A stretch of 61,740 bases of DNA, filler included, from Sphacelaria rigidula (Eukaryota), in assembly GCA_964200075.2 (NCBI GenBank). It is 6 parts of 6 records of this genome, joined end to end, with 100 filler letters (N's around TTAATTAATTAA, not from the genome) between each part and the next. Parts side by side here need not be neighbours in the genome. Positions count along the whole stretch, not along the records: positions 10,309 to 20,515 come from CAXNAA020006930.1; positions 20,616 to 30,822 come from CAXNAA020006931.1; 4 more parts are not named here. One strand, given 5' to 3'. Within the stretch, counting starts at the first letter, position 1, and the number at the start of each line of letters is the position of its first letter. Position numbers and translations under genes: made by a program. Under the pieces are notes generated by a model that was not told the DNA's origin, ran no database searches, and saw only the letters and a program-made list of their open reading frames with translations. Positions 11,199-24,500 of the stretch are shown here, piece after piece.

Positions 11199-14100
11199 AT
11201 GGCAGATTGGGCAGCGGCAGCCGCCGCGTGGGCGCAATCTGGGGAAGGCGAGAAGAATGCGTTCGTTCCCCCACCCCCGCCGACCCCTAAACAACAACAT
11301 CAGCAACAACACCAGCAGCAAGGGTGGGGGGGTGAAGCAACACTCGAACAGCAACTGCCCTGGCAAAGTCACCATCAACAACAGCACATGGCTAATGCTC
11401 CGGCGGCATCACAAAACTATGGGCAGTATCTCCACCCAGGATCAGATCCGATGATGATGCAACAACACCATGGAGGAGATGCTCCGGCCGCGTTTGGGCA
11501 CGCAGGTAGGATGTGCTTACAGGAGCAGCACGTTCACGTACCAAACCCTCGGTACCATACACCGCCAGCAACAGGAACGCGCCTACCCCTAATTTGAAAC
11601 TCCTTGTCTCTGCCCGCGTTATCCGTGCACACGAAGGAGGCCCGTGAGTGCTGCAGTGAACCATGCTGATGCTTTGTGGCCGTATCACCGCATTGCATTT
11701 TCGACATGCAACCTCAAAAACCGCAAGCCAAATTCTCTCCATGGCTATCCACTTCGCAAAATGTCGGTTTAGCTTGATCGTTTGCGGCTGGTGATCGTAT
11801 CTTGCCTGTTCTTATAGGCGGACCGATCAACGGCATGTAGAGAAAGTATTATCGATCAAATCCGAGTACGAGCAAATCCTTCGTGCACGTAGCGGTCGCG
11901 TAGCTTGGACTCACCCAACGTATATTCTATCTATGCGTTACTGTTGCTATTATTTTGGGCTTGAGGTTCTGCGAGCTTCGGCCTCCACCGTAGCACGTCT
12001 GGGAAGCCGTGGCCGCCACTGCCGTTCCTTGATTCCGTCCTAAATCTCATGTCGGTGGGCTATGAATTTCCTGCCCGCTTCTGGCACTCCCTCGCCCAAA
12101 CCCACGCACTCACGCACTCACCCGTCGACAATTTGTGGATTTTTTCTTTATTGCCACCGCCACAGCTCCTCCGTTGCCACCACAGACAGGGATGCAGCCA
12201 CCATTCCCTGCATCTCCACCCCTGCCTCCAAGCATGCAAGGTGACTCGATCTGTATGTTGTTTACTATATTCCAATATCATATTTCAAAATGGCGTGCAG
12301 AGACGTCCACTGTACCGAAGCGTGTGACAACCGCAATCAGCCCTCCACATCGCGGTGCGGGGGACTACAAGCTGCGGGTTATGAGTATTCATGCTTGGAA
12401 GACTGGAAGAAGGGCTCCGTGCCGGCGCGTAGGGATCGTTAAAATCAGCAATTTGTTTGCTGCTCTTCAACCATTGGTTGGATCGGGGAAGCGTAGACCC
12501 AGAGACACGCGAGTATGCCGTACGAGTGTCTACCGTCTCCGAATTCCCTCACTTTTTCAGGGGCTTAATGGTTCGCTTTGCTTTTATGCAACCCTCCGCC
12601 GTACCGGCCTGCTCTTCCTCTGTAATATGAAAAAAAAGCCTGGTCAGGATACGGGTATCCGGCGCCTCCCCCGCCTCCACCACCTGATCAAGTGTCCCAG
12701 GCTCAAGTGCAGATGGGAGGCCACTCAAGTGGCGGACAGATGGCGATGCCGGGGGACCAAATGGGAGGGCCTGTGTCAGCGGGGGTTGCGATTTCAGGGG
12801 CCAAACATAATCAGCAACACATACCGCAGCAACCGCCGCCGCCGCCTCCTCCTCCGCAGCAGCAACAACATGCAGAAACATTCCAGCCCCTAGCGAACCC
12901 CGTGACTGCTCATCAAGCAGCGGTTGGAGGACCAGGCGGCATGACCGATGAAATGATGAGCCAAGGAAGCGTTGGAGGCATGATGGGCGCGGCGGGGGTA
13001 ATGAGTGGCGGATTAATGGGCGGCGGGGCTGGCGGTGGTATGGGAGGAGGAGGTGGAGGAGGCTACCAGCAGCCTGGCATACAAGCAGCAGCAGTTCCGC
13101 AGCGACCGGCTAAGAAGGTGCCTGACTGGCTCATCCAGACGCTAAAAGAGAAAGAAGCGTTAGCGGAGAAGCAGAAGAAGAAGGAGGGTATGTCTTTATC
13201 CACCGACGTCGCGTCCTCTTTGTCTGGTGGTGCGGGTAACATCAGTGGATATAACCTTGTCCACTCCCCTTCCCCTTCGCCACCCGGCTCCCCGAGCGAC
13301 GGGGGTGGGCGCGGCAAACTACGAAGGGCCAAGCCGAGCTGGCACGAGGCCGACGATAGCGATGATCCGGAGGACGAAGTGTCACCCACGAGAGAGAACC
13401 GCGAGAGGAGAGCTGCGAACGGAATAGGCGCCGACGGCGGCCGAAATGGCTCAAAGCCTGCGGGTATCCTCAAAAGCGGGAGAAGCAAGGCCGGCACGCG
13501 ACGAACGGTTGAGGAGGAGGACGGAGACGGCGATGATGACAGTTCGTTTGAGGCGGCGGCGGCGCCAAAAATGGACGACAACACCCGCGCCGCGTTTGAT
13601 CGGGAGATCCGGCGCCTGCTGACGCAGGTTTTGAAGGAGGGCACCGCAAACATCAGCCGTGAGGTGGCGATGTCCGCGGTAGAAGAGGCTCGCCACGCCA
13701 CCGTGGCGGCCGCCGCTTCTGCCCGCTTGAAGCAGCTGAGCCAATCGCACCCAGTGAGGGTGCGAAGCAAGAAGGAGAAACGTGAGCAAAAAAAAGCTAT
13801 GGGGGCGCTTATCGGTGGTTACGGCTCGGACTCGGCAGCGTCCGCGTCAGACAGCGAGGGCGATGAGTCTCCTCCGGAAGATGCTGCGCCCCGAGTCTCC
13901 GCACCGGCGACGACGACGTCGGGCGAGGAAAATGCTAACGGACAGGGTTCACTCGCCGCTGAAAACAAACGACTACCTGACACGGCGGCGGAGGTCAGCG
14001 GAGCGATGGCGACCAGTAGGGGTCTAAGCTCACCCACCGGGGCGGCGGCATCAACTGTGGAGGCGTCGTCGTCGGTACCGACGGCTCGGAAAATTCCCGT

Positions 14101-15249
14101 GAAGATTGGCGGAAAATGGTCACTGCCTGCCTGGGCAGATCTTCCGCACGAGAAGCCACTGCCCGAGGGTATTTCCGTTGTGGTGGAGACGATAGGGCCA
14201 GACCTGGAGGTGATGAAGATGCAAGAGTTGGCCTTTACTACGACGGTGATGGGGCGGTTCGAAGAACAATGCGGCTTTATTGTGGAAGATGGATCGGCGT
14301 CTCGCTTCCACGCGGCCATTCTGTGAGTGTTGAATGCTTGCCTCTTTATCTTTAGAGCATGGTTGCTGTGTACTTGAATATTCCACCTGGTGGTGAAAAG
14401 CGCTTTGATGTGGTGTACATGATGTTTTTACGACGACGGCGTTCACCATGTACGGCTGTGTATCTGTGGCTGTAGTCTCCCGTGATGGAACGTGGAGATT
14501 TCACGTGTGTGACATTTGCTCTGTCGTGTCTGAGTGACTTATGTTTGTTACTTTGCAGAGCAGTTCGGGCCGGTATGAAACAACTCCTTGTAAACTCAAA
14601 ACAGTGCTGTCATGTTGTTCGCGTTCTCTTGTTTTTCAGCTTCCCATCTGTATACAAAAGCATTCAACACTTTTTTTTCTCCCCTTTTCCCATCCGTTCT
14701 CCTGCGATGCAACAGCGTGGACGCAGCAAAAACGGTTCAAGTCGTGGATCTTTTCTCGGCGAATGGGACAACGCTGAATGGAAAAAAAATAAAGCCCGGT
14801 GCGCTGCAATCCCTTCCCACCGGTGGAGTGATGAGTCTAGGCACCCGAAACATATTCTTCCGCGTCACCATCCGCTTGCAGAAGCCCTCTTCCCCCGAGA
14901 AAGGAGCGCCGGCTGCGCCTACTGCTGCGCCTACTGCTGCGCCTACTGCTGCGCCTATAGTCTCCGTACCCGCCATTGCTGCACCGACTGTCGTACCCTC
15001 GCCGTCTGCACCGACGGCGGGCAATAATGACCCTTCCACCCCTGCCGCCCCCGGCGCTGGTGGTGGTAAGCCGGCCAAGCACAAGCAAGATCTCGCGGCG
15101 CTGGCGGCCACAATCGCCGCAAGGATCAACACGGGTCCATCGCCCCAGTCCGGGAAGGAGAAGCCTAAAGTGCCTCCCGATGTAAATGGTACCAATAGCC
15201 GCAGCGAGGCAAAAGGCGCGGTAAATTCCAGAAGCAAGAGCAGCAGTAG

Positions 15250-15280
<31 letters not shown>

Positions 15281-16531
15281 AGCAGCAGTAGCAGCAGCAG
15301 CAGCCGGAGCAGCAGTCGGTCCCGGAGCCGAAGTCGTAGTCGAAGTCGGGGACGCTCGCGGAGGAACTCGAGAAAGGACAAGGATGGCGGGAGCGGCGGC
15401 AGTGGAGGTACGGGGGGCAAGGAGCAAAGAGGGAGGAAGAGGAGAAGGGGCGAAGCGCGGCTCTCAAGCCGAAGTTCTAGTCGCAGCAGTCGAAGCAGTA
15501 GTCGCTGGAGCAGGAGCCATGGCCGCAGCCGCAGCAGCAGCAGAGGAAGGGGTTCCAGGAGTCGTAGAAAGGGCGGTGGATCGGACAAGAGAGACAAGAG
15601 GAAAAGGGGCCGTAGCGCTAGCCGCAGTCGTGACCGCACTCGCGGCCAAAGTCGGGATAGGAGTCGTGATCGTGGACGCAAAGCGAGCGGAAAAAGAGAG
15701 AGGTATGATGATCGAGCCGGTGGTGGTAAAGCAGCAGACAAGGAAAAGAGAAGGAGTAGCCGCGAGAGGTCTCCTAGTCCGGGTCGTGGCAACAGCAGCC
15801 GCCGCGGTCGCCGTAGCAGCGACGTCGTCCGATCTTTGAGTGGAAGGGAACGCAGTAAAAACTCGGCGGGTGGGCGGAGGGAGAGCAAGAATAATAAGGG
15901 CCGCGCGGGGAGCCCCAGTAGTAGGAGTCGTAGTCAGAGCAGGAGCCGTAGTAAGCGGGGTAATGACAACGATGGGAAGGCGGAGAAGGACCAGGGGAAG
16001 GATAAAAAGCACAGTCCGGGTTTGGGGACGGCTGGCGGGCAAAAGGGATCTAGTGGTAGCGCGAAGAAGTTGTCTACCCCCGATGCGAAAGCTGGTAGTA
16101 GGAAGAGCAGCAGTGAACGTGCCAAAAGCAGCAAAAAGTCTGGGGGTGGGCGAGGGGGGCAAGCGAAAACCTCCAAGAAAGACGAGGGCGGTGCTGCTAC
16201 AATTAGTACTGGCAATAAAAAGACGGTGAAGGGCGCCAAGCGTACCAGTGATGTTGGCAGTTCTAGCGGCAGCACTGGTACGAGTAGCAGCGGCGATGAG
16301 AAGAAGAGTGGCGTCCGATCCGCCAAAAATCGAGATGGAACTGATGGTGCGGCGAAAAAGAAGGGAGACGGTATGGGAAGGGGGGTGGGGGTGGCGCGAG
16401 CAAAAAAAGCTCCACTAGCGGCAAGAAGAGTAAAGAGGGTAGCAGCAGTAGGGCGAGGAGCAAGTCGAGGGAGAAGACGAGTAGTAGTAGAGGCAATGAT
16501 CGCGGCCATAGGTGAGATATTACTACGGTAG
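11199..16531 (+). CDS. PNISR: PNISR-like Arg/Ser-rich nuclear protein with an internal FHA domain (4 exons, ~1290 aa as assembled)
   Basis: Exons 11199-11505, 12166-12240, 12648-14322, 14716-16531. All introns are GT-AG with matching phases (1,1,2), total 3873 nt. PNISR-type motifs occur in order: DWAAAAAAW, VPDWLIQTLKEKE, RRLLTQVLKEGT, LIGGYGSDS. FHA motif GR..SRFHAAILV..VDLFSANGTTLNG spans intron 3. Long RS/poly-Ser tail. Orthology is from recalled motifs, not a search. Confidence 0.85.
12648..14322 (+). CDS. exon 3 of PNISR-like/FHA gene
   Basis: Long open frame (ORF 12692-14326). Acceptor GGTCAG|GA, donor ATTCT|GTGAGT. Confidence 0.9.
14716..16531 (+). CDS. exon 4 of PNISR-like/FHA gene (FHA C-half, RS domain)
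   Basis: Pyrimidine tract + AACAG|C, ORF 14612-16531. The true stop may be TGA 16513-16515 if the G-run near 16380 is one base short. Confidence 0.88.
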
Positions 16532-18505
16532 TACTGTGTATTTCGAGGTATGATACACATGGTGGTGATACGTCACGACGTGCTGCCGTGCAGTTGAAGT
16601 CTTGTTTGTTGGTAGACGGAGGTATATGATCGTATTTCGTAGCTTGCTAGAGGTAGGACGTTCGCTGAGCATTAGCTTGTTGGCCATGAAGGCGAAGACT
16701 TGAAAATATTTTCGCTGATCATGCGGTTCGGGTGAAAACAGACGTTAACCGAAGTTGGACGACGCAGCATAGTAAATGCCGAAGGGGCGGATCCATATTC
16801 GTGGATAAGGCACGGCACTTCACTTTTTCACCCACTCACATCATTTCTGTTGTGTGATTTGTCTCTGTTCCGCTTCCTGGGATCCAACATCTAACAATGT
16901 TCTCGTGAGATTGAGAGTAGAGGATACGATTGGGAGTGAGAAGCGCTCACTTAACCAATACATAGTTTCACTTCCAAAATGCCCCTCCACGAGGCCCGAC
17001 ACGCCGTCTGTATAAGCTCGCCACTGAAGCCCTTGATATCCCCGTGTAGGATATCGACGGGTAGCTGCAAGCACACGCCGGTGTTTTTGCGGACAAATAA
17101 ATCACACACAGGATGTGAAATTGGCCAAGTTGAAGCGAACGATGAAATCCACTCTCAATCAACGCTCTACTCTCAATCTCACGAAAATACTGTGGACTCT
17201 TTTCACATGGCATCTGCTGAGGTTAGTTCCACTCGCGCTGCGTAGCTGAGACGCATGGTGACTGTCATGCACCGCGCCACGTCCTACCCGAATTCGATGC
17301 ACTGACGCTGCCAACGAGCTCATCATTGTGTCAGGTTTATCTTCATGGTTAGTCAAGCACACATGGGCGTACAAGATGTGCACCCTCTCACAGACTCCTT
17401 CCTTCCCAATCACGGTGCGCCTTGAAAGTCAGATTCTTGATACGACTCAAGCCACTATCGTACAAGCCCTCTGTATACAAGCTGGGCTGGCCAGAAAAAT
17501 ACACTGTTTCATATGGGCCAGAGTTGTCTGTTGAAGGCCGCTGAATCCGGGCAGGCTGAGCATGGCGTTGTAAAAGGCTCGTCGTTGTTCATGCGCGGGT
17601 ATCTAGCTCAAAGGAATCCGCGTTGGTAGTGTAGTCGTGAAAATGATGTCCCCGTCTCTGCACTCCCGCACGTGGGTGTTTCCAAGTTTCTGTGTGTTCG
17701 CGGTCCCAGAGTTGTAAACATTTCCCTTGAAAACAACTTGCAGGCTTGTTCATACTCATCAGCGAGGTATCACTCATCCGCAGAACTTTGACGCGTACGT
17801 TTTTTCTGTAGGTAGACTCTGAAACGTCGCACGGATCTTCACGAAACTTTCCCGAGAGAGGGGTTCTCGAGTTTTTTCATCAGTTATCGGGGGTCCTAGA
17901 AAGGCATGTGTTTAACCCCATTAAACGTCGTGACGTTTGTCGTTTGTGTGCGATGAAGTAAGTTCAAAAGGTACAAACCCCAAACAAGTTGATTTTTTTT
18001 ATCAAACACGAGTCTGAGGTGCGTTCAACGTGAAAACGATCCCACTCCGGATCAGTATACTGATCCGGATTATTTGGCCCGTCTTCTCCATGTTTGTCCT
18101 TACAGGGCCAAACGCCGAGCACGCCAGCGTAAAGGTTGCGCTTAGACTCTTTTCTGACTCCGCAGTTACATACTTTGTGTTTTTGGACCACCGGATTCAA
18201 GAGTCTTCTTTGATTGTTAGTTCTTCAGACAGATCATGATGTGTCCGACGTGTGGAAACTTTCTACATGAAAATATTCGTTGGACGAATCCGGGACGCGC
18301 TCATCATTTTTTCTGTTTTCGGCATCATGTACCGGCTTTCGGGGGTCTTCACGCCGGGACCCCGGAAGCCGGCACAGAGCGGAGAAATTTCACATTCTTT
18401 TTCGACGAGACTATTTTGCATTTGTAGCACCAACATCTATCAAACTGCCAAATTTGAGGGTGGTATTAGTGACCACGGGTTCGAGAGATCGAGCTAATGT
18501 GATGG

Positions 18506-18507
<2 letters not shown>

Positions 18508-18575
<68 letters not shown>
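18508..18575. repeat. (ATA)n microsatellite
   Basis: Seen directly. Confidence 0.98.
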
Positions 18576-18591
18576 TAGTAATTCTTCAACA

Positions 18592-19044
18592 AACACGGGA
18601 TCTTACAGGTTGGGGATGGATATATTATTGGGGATGAGAAACCCGGAGAATTACAATCTTCGTATCCACACCAAATGTTCGAAATATGGTTCCATTTCTT
18701 CACGTACTGATAGCTGTTGACAACTGCTATACGCCATAGAAATTCGGATTTCGATTACCGAAATGTTGGGATCCTAGATGAAAAAACAATTTTGGGGAAT
18801 TCCGTGTGTCCGAGCGGATGCCAAAACTGTTTCAAAATCGGTTTTCCACCCAGGAACCCAACATTTCGGTGATCGAAATCCAAATTTATATGCCGTGTAG
18901 CAGTTGTCATCATCTATCAGTACGTGAAGAAATGAAGAAAATGGAACCTTATTTCGAAGATTTGGTATGGATACGAAGATTTTAATTCTCCGGGTTTCTC
19001 ATCCCCAATAAAAGATCCATCCCCAATTTGTTTGATCCCGTGTT
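18592..19044. mobile_element. fold-back MITE with ~200-bp inverted arms
   Basis: AACACGGGATC...TATTGGGGATGAGAAACCCGGAGAATT... mirrored by ...AATTCTCCGGGTTTCTCATCCCCAATA...GATCCCGTGTT. Confidence 0.85.
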
Positions 19045-19295
19045 GACGGATATAAAGAAGCCCTCTGGAGATTTTTGGTGTCTTTAGCGCAGCCAAAAAC
19101 TCAACGTCACCGAAATATCGGCTTCGAACTCGTGACCTCTGTAAGTGGAGTCTCTCGTGTCACTTGGATTACTGGGGCGCACGGTGTCACATAAAAGGTT
19201 GCACGCCGCAGCCCAATTTTAGGAATTTTGAGCCGAAATTTTACAAGACGGATCTTCTACACTTGACCAAGGGTCTGTCGAGAGAAAAGTATTGG

Positions 19296-19343
19296 TGGTC
19301 AAACGACTAAGGCAAGCAACAAATGAGTACGCCCCCCCCCCCC
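19296..19343 (+). mobile_element. heavily truncated C-tailed element, family A
   Basis: TGGTCAAACGACTAAGGCAAGCAACAAATGAGTACG followed by C12. Confidence 0.8.
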
Positions 19344-19763
19344 TCCCAGAATCATGATAGGTGATGAGCTTGGAGGGGGGGTTGTCCGCCATCTCAGCGG
19401 TCTCCGTGCCAAGAATCTCTGTAGACGGCAGCTGACCGCATCTGCCAACTTTTCGGCAATAAACTAGGGGACAGCGGGCTGGGTGCCCCCCCCCCCCCTC
19501 TCAAAAACTCGAATTTTCGATCTTGGGGTCTACGTGTCCCGAACTACATTTTTGACAGACCCTTGACGTGAGTGGAAAGTTCGTGCTCGAAGCTAGGAAC
19601 AACGCACAGCGCAACAACAGCTATTTATTTTTTTCGTAAAGTTTTGGCACTCTCTTTTTGTAGCTCAAATGTCATATCGCTTTTATAATTTCCTTTTTTT
19701 TCGTTGTTGCTTCGAGAATGTTCCGCGTATAATCGATACTGAAAATCTTGCGTCAAGATTTCA

Positions 19764-20260
19764 GGGCCTAAGGCCGGATGATATGGCAAACAGATTTTTG
19801 GCCCACGCATTGTTCACTTTTGTGACGTTTGACCCACCTTTGGACCCCCAGACAGGGAAAATCGCTAACACACGTCTCGGACACTTTGCATCACCCCACA
19901 CAGAGGAGCCTAGCCTACTTTTCAGATTCGCTTGGCTCCGAGGTTCCGAGATTGGCCGCGGAACAATAATGCGTGCGCAAAAACCTGCGCTTGCCGACCC
20001 CCGCCAATTTGCCCAATAATCTATGGAGATCGCCGTATATTTTATTGCACACAGATGATTGTTCAGCAGCCGCTCTCGAAACCTTGCAGCCAAGCGAATC
20101 TGAAAAGTGGGCTAGGCTCCTCTGTGTGGGGTGATGCGAAGTGTCCAAGACGTGTGTTGGCGATTTTCCCTGTGTGGGGCTCAAAAAGTGGGTCAAACGT
20201 CCCAAAAGTAAACAATGCGTCGGCCACAAATCTGTGTGCCATAACATCCGGCCTCAGGCC
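19764..20260. mobile_element. fold-back MITE with ~180-bp TIRs starting GGGCCTAAGGCCGGATG
   Basis: Long inverted arms visible. Same terminus as 46428-47253. Superfamily uncertain (PIF/Harbinger-like start). Confidence 0.85.
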
Positions 20261-20515
20261 AACTCTAATGACAGCCATTCAAAATTCCCGTTCACAACTG
20301 TGACTCCTAATATTCAGGGGCGCGGTATCTGTCAACCGCGAACAGGAACCGTTACTCGGCCCAGCTCGTACTGCTTCAGTAATGGTTTTTGGAGAGGGGG
20401 AACATTTCTTCAAGGGCAAAAACTATGGAGAGAGGGGGGGGGGGGGGGGGGGGGGTTGTGTATTTTGACCTCCCGTTTTCTCTTGGCGCCCTCTTAACCC
20501 TGGCGGGAACGCAGG

Positions 20516-20615
20516 NNNNNNNNNNNNNNNNNNNNNNNNNNNNNNNNNNNNNNNNNNNNTTAATTAATTAANNNNNNNNNNNNNNNNNNNNNNNNNNNNN
20601 NNNNNNNNNNNNNNN
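20516..20615. other. artificial contig linker
   Basis: 44 N + TTAATTAATTAA + 44 N. Confidence 0.99.
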
Positions 20616-21168
20616 TTTGGGTGCCGGAGTCACCGAGGGTGCAGGTGAGGGGGAGGGGATCCTAATCGTAGAAGGTGTCACTCATCGCAGTTTATTCGTT
20701 TTGCAGACGATGTGTTATATCATCGACAGGCAGTGATACACACGCACGACAGAGCATAATCGTCTATGTGTTTTGCCGTTATAGCAGGATGTTTTGTGAA
20801 AAAAAACAGTCGACATCCGGACGACGGCTTGGTCGGTTGCGCAAATATTGTGCGTCGTTTACTGCATACTGAAAATGTAGTCGCGCAAGTACACCACAGT
20901 GTGTCGTGACGAGCACCTCCGCCGATGTCCACCCCAGGCGATGTCGCTGTGGGGCTACCATGTGCAAAGAATGAGGACAAGGATTCGCCCTTGGTAGACT
21001 GCCGGAAAGCAACATCTGAACTCTAACGACCCCGTTTCCGTACGCATATCTTGCTAGACACGAGGTTCAAGTATTGAGAAAGAATCCATCTCTTCAGTTT
21101 CCAAGAATCTTGATGATACGTCCAGTCGCCAGTTCTTTTGCGATGTTGCGCTCACGCAGAGGCTGGAG

Positions 21169-21504
21169 GGGCGGGGGGGGGGCGGGCGTACTCATTTTCT
21201 CCTTGCCGGGGTCATTTAGCCATTGGCCATGCACCCCTTTCGAGACGGAGCACCGTTCCTGAAAAGGAGTGCGTCTGGCGGGAGTCAAACCGACGTTCTA
21301 TTCACCCCCGCACAGAGAAATAACACGGTGCCCATCGGGATGGGGGGCGTATAGGAGTAGCAAGGAAAGCACAATTTGGCTGGACTCCTTCATACTTGTG
21401 CTGTTGGTAACTTTGACACCCATGGCATGTGATTGGGGGCGTACTCATTCGTTGCTTGCCTTACTCGTTTGACCATTGATCATGCATCCCTTTCGTGAAT
21501 GGGG
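21169..21504 (-). mobile_element. two C-tailed family A elements (21169-21254, 21435-21494)
   Basis: Both read G-run + CGTACTCATT...CCCTTTCG on the + strand. The second is flanked by GTGATTGGGG / GTGAATGGGG. Confidence 0.8.
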
Positions 21505-21528
21505 TAGGTGGAAAAATATCTTTTCAAG

Positions 21529-24500
21529 GCGCAACTTGATAACCTGGCTCCTCACCTCACCAACCTTGCCCCTTTCAATCGCTGTGAACGCTTCCGCAGG
21601 CGGCGAGCGCAGAGTCAACTTGGTCACGTCCAGAGAAGGCGTCCTCCACGAAATCGAGGTGTGCGCCTTAAACTACACCTAATCCTAACCCTAATCCTAC
21701 GTCGACCTAATGACATTCGGGAAGACACACGCCCCCTGGGATACACGTTTGGGGTCCGTATCCGAATCAGAAGCCAATCCACTGTGAGGTACCTGTCGTT
21801 TGGAGATTGCCTGTCTTCACGGAGCGTATAGGAACGGTGTATGAGCGCCCTTCTGATTATTGCTGTTCACCGTTCGTAGCATCCATCATTGCTGTTTCCA
21901 TCTATAACAGTAGGATATGTTTCCCGACTTCTCGGACCCGTGGGTGCACGCTACTGTATGTATCTTGTACGGGCTGAAACATCTCGAGAGGATTATGACC
22001 CTCGTACGTAATGTATACGAGTAGACGTTCATCGAACGGTTGTGACCGGCTTCCCCTTTAGAGATTTGTCGCTGATATCACGCCATTCGCCTAGCTCTAC
22101 CATCCCTTCTCTGCCCCTTACCGTCTCAACGCTACGACCAAGACAGAGGTTCTACGTTAACCCGAGCCCTAACCCTTGGAAAATACTGTTCGGCATAATA
22201 CACCAGACGGTGCTAGAGCGGGAGCTGGGCCCTGCAAAAAACAACGGGGATGAAAACTCGGCGCTTGCGGGAGGGGCAGAGAAGGTGGCGTTGATTCTGA
22301 ATCCCTACTACCTGTCCGACTGGGGAAAGAAGAAAGTTCTGGGGAAAAGCGTCGAGGAAGGAGAGGGCCTGGGCCCTCGAAAGGAGCTGTTCGCGCTGGC
22401 GGCTGGGCAGCTAGGTGAACGTTGGACACTTGCATCGGACAGGTAAGGGGGAGTCCTGGTTGCGATAAGTCGGGTGCCAGGGGTGGGGGGGGTAATTGGG
22501 AAGGAAAAATTGTTTCTTCGGGGGTGATTCGGCGGGGTGGGCAATGGGAAGCTGCGAGGGCTTGTCCATGGTGGTGGTGTACTGTACGCGTCTCGGTCTT
22601 ATGACTGCTGGTGAAATTCAGCGAAAGCTAGGAGGTGTGGTAACTCTGAGCTGGAGACGGTGAATATATCCTGCTTTCATTCCGGTGACAGCAACGTGAA
22701 CTAAAAGTAGTTAGGGAGGGAAGGGACACTGAATTCGAGGTATTACTGGATACGGGCGCTGGCAAGGAGTTTATTTTTTCGTTCTTGGCTAGGCAGCTCG
22801 GCGGACGTCGGATGTATGTTCCTGTATGTTGTATTTGCGGGGACTTCGCCGGGACGCTGATCGGGCAAGAAACGTTGGTCCATGTGACGGCCTGATATCC
22901 GAACAACAATACGAGTGGCGACGTAGGAGTGTGCGTGTGTCGACTGATACACGTATACATCACCAACCCTCACCGTTTTTTAACTTGAGCAAAATAGTGA
23001 CAAACATATATTGTTTCTCTCTCGTATTTTCTTTTCCAGTTCTCTTCTTCTTCTCTTAGTCTATTCTCTTTGTCTGTTCTATATTTTTGTTCTGTTTTTT
23101 CTTCACTTTTCTTCAGCGGGTGTTTCGTTTTTTATCTCTCACGTACGTCTATCTTATGGATAGTGATCACGACTGGATCATGAGTCCTGGGGGATCAGCT
23201 CAAGTACGCCAATCCGCCAATCAACATATACGAATAGTCAGTTGCTGGTGGAGACCGTCATACATCCCTACTTGGAACACGCATGTTGGGTGGGTTGGCG
23301 TGGTCAATTAGCGAACGAGCAGTAGGTCGTGGAATGAAGTGTTTTTGAAGTGCATCGCCAAACCTGGAAATAAAGGAGAAGGTAGACAGTACTCAGACTT
23401 TCGCGCAATCAGTATACGGCGTCATTCCTGCCCTCTCTATGTCTCCATTTCGAGCCATACGTTTCAGGCTTGACGAAGCCCAAGCTACGGCGACTGCGCA
23501 GGAAGGGAGAGCGGACGTAAAGCTCACAATCCCCAAGAAAAACGCCTCTGCGAGCTGCGCAAAGGGTGGCTGGAAGGTATAAGTGAAACAAACGATGTGC
23601 AAACAGACGGCAGGACACCATCTGTCTCCTTTAGGGAAAAAGGAAAGAGAACGCCCTCGTCCTTCGTTTTGGGCAGTTATTGTTCAGCTCATCATCCTCC
23701 CCGAAATGTAGATATTATTCGTTTTGTTTTCTCGTGCCATTCGTCGGACACTTTCCCGCAGGTATACAGTTCGTAAGCGGTTGTGTGATCGCTCAGGTGC
23801 TCGCACGTGTACCGATGTTCCAGCTTTGGTCTGAACATTGCAACGGTGTCTTGGGAAGGGTGAATGCTCGGGTGTGCACTCTCCCGAATTTTGTGTTGCC
23901 ATGGTTCGATCTCCAAACCCTACCCAGATAGTGGGTAGTTAGGTGTGATCGCATTACTCTACCCAATATCTGGGTACTTAGGAACACGACTTTTTAAACG
24001 ACTCAAGTGTAGGAAATACCCTACCCAACGCGCCCTTGGAATATTGTCAAGTCTCTCTTTCTTATGGGAGGGGTGTACTCATGATCTTGCATGCCATAGT
24101 CATACGAAGATTGACCCCCTACAAAGCCGGGACGGAGCACGCCGGGTTTTCGCCGGACCAGGCTTGCAATCTATCTCCAAGCGCGAAGCGCCGTGATGTG
24201 TTCGGCGAGTCGCACGGAGGGTGAGCTGCATCCTACCAAGATCGTTCGGCCCGGAGCGTACTGATTATATTGCATTTGGATGGTAGCCTTCAATGAGTTG
24301 CTTCATTTTCTGGTATTGCCACTTCCAGAGACAGCCATGGTTTACACGCTGCCTCATTGGTGTCTCACCATTGGATGGAGTATGGCAATTATTGTAAGAT
24401 AATCGACTGGTATTACCGAGTAACCCGTACTTACTATACGCATTTTGAAGCCCAGCAGCGACTCAGTAAATGCTCGCGGGTCTAGCTGCCACTTCTGTCT

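Noticed and set aside
13063-16560. Long minus-strand ORFs (235, 383, 232, 208 aa)
   Set aside because: Antisense shadows of the GC-rich, low-complexity exons of the PNISR-like gene.
20616-21000. Additional upstream exons of the HECT gene
   Set aside because: Candidate donors exist (GCAG|GTGAGG near 20645), but I could not link them in phase to the exon at 21529.
21679-21698. CCTAATCCTAACCCTAATCC as a telomere
   Set aside because: Only about 3 degenerate units, inside an intron.
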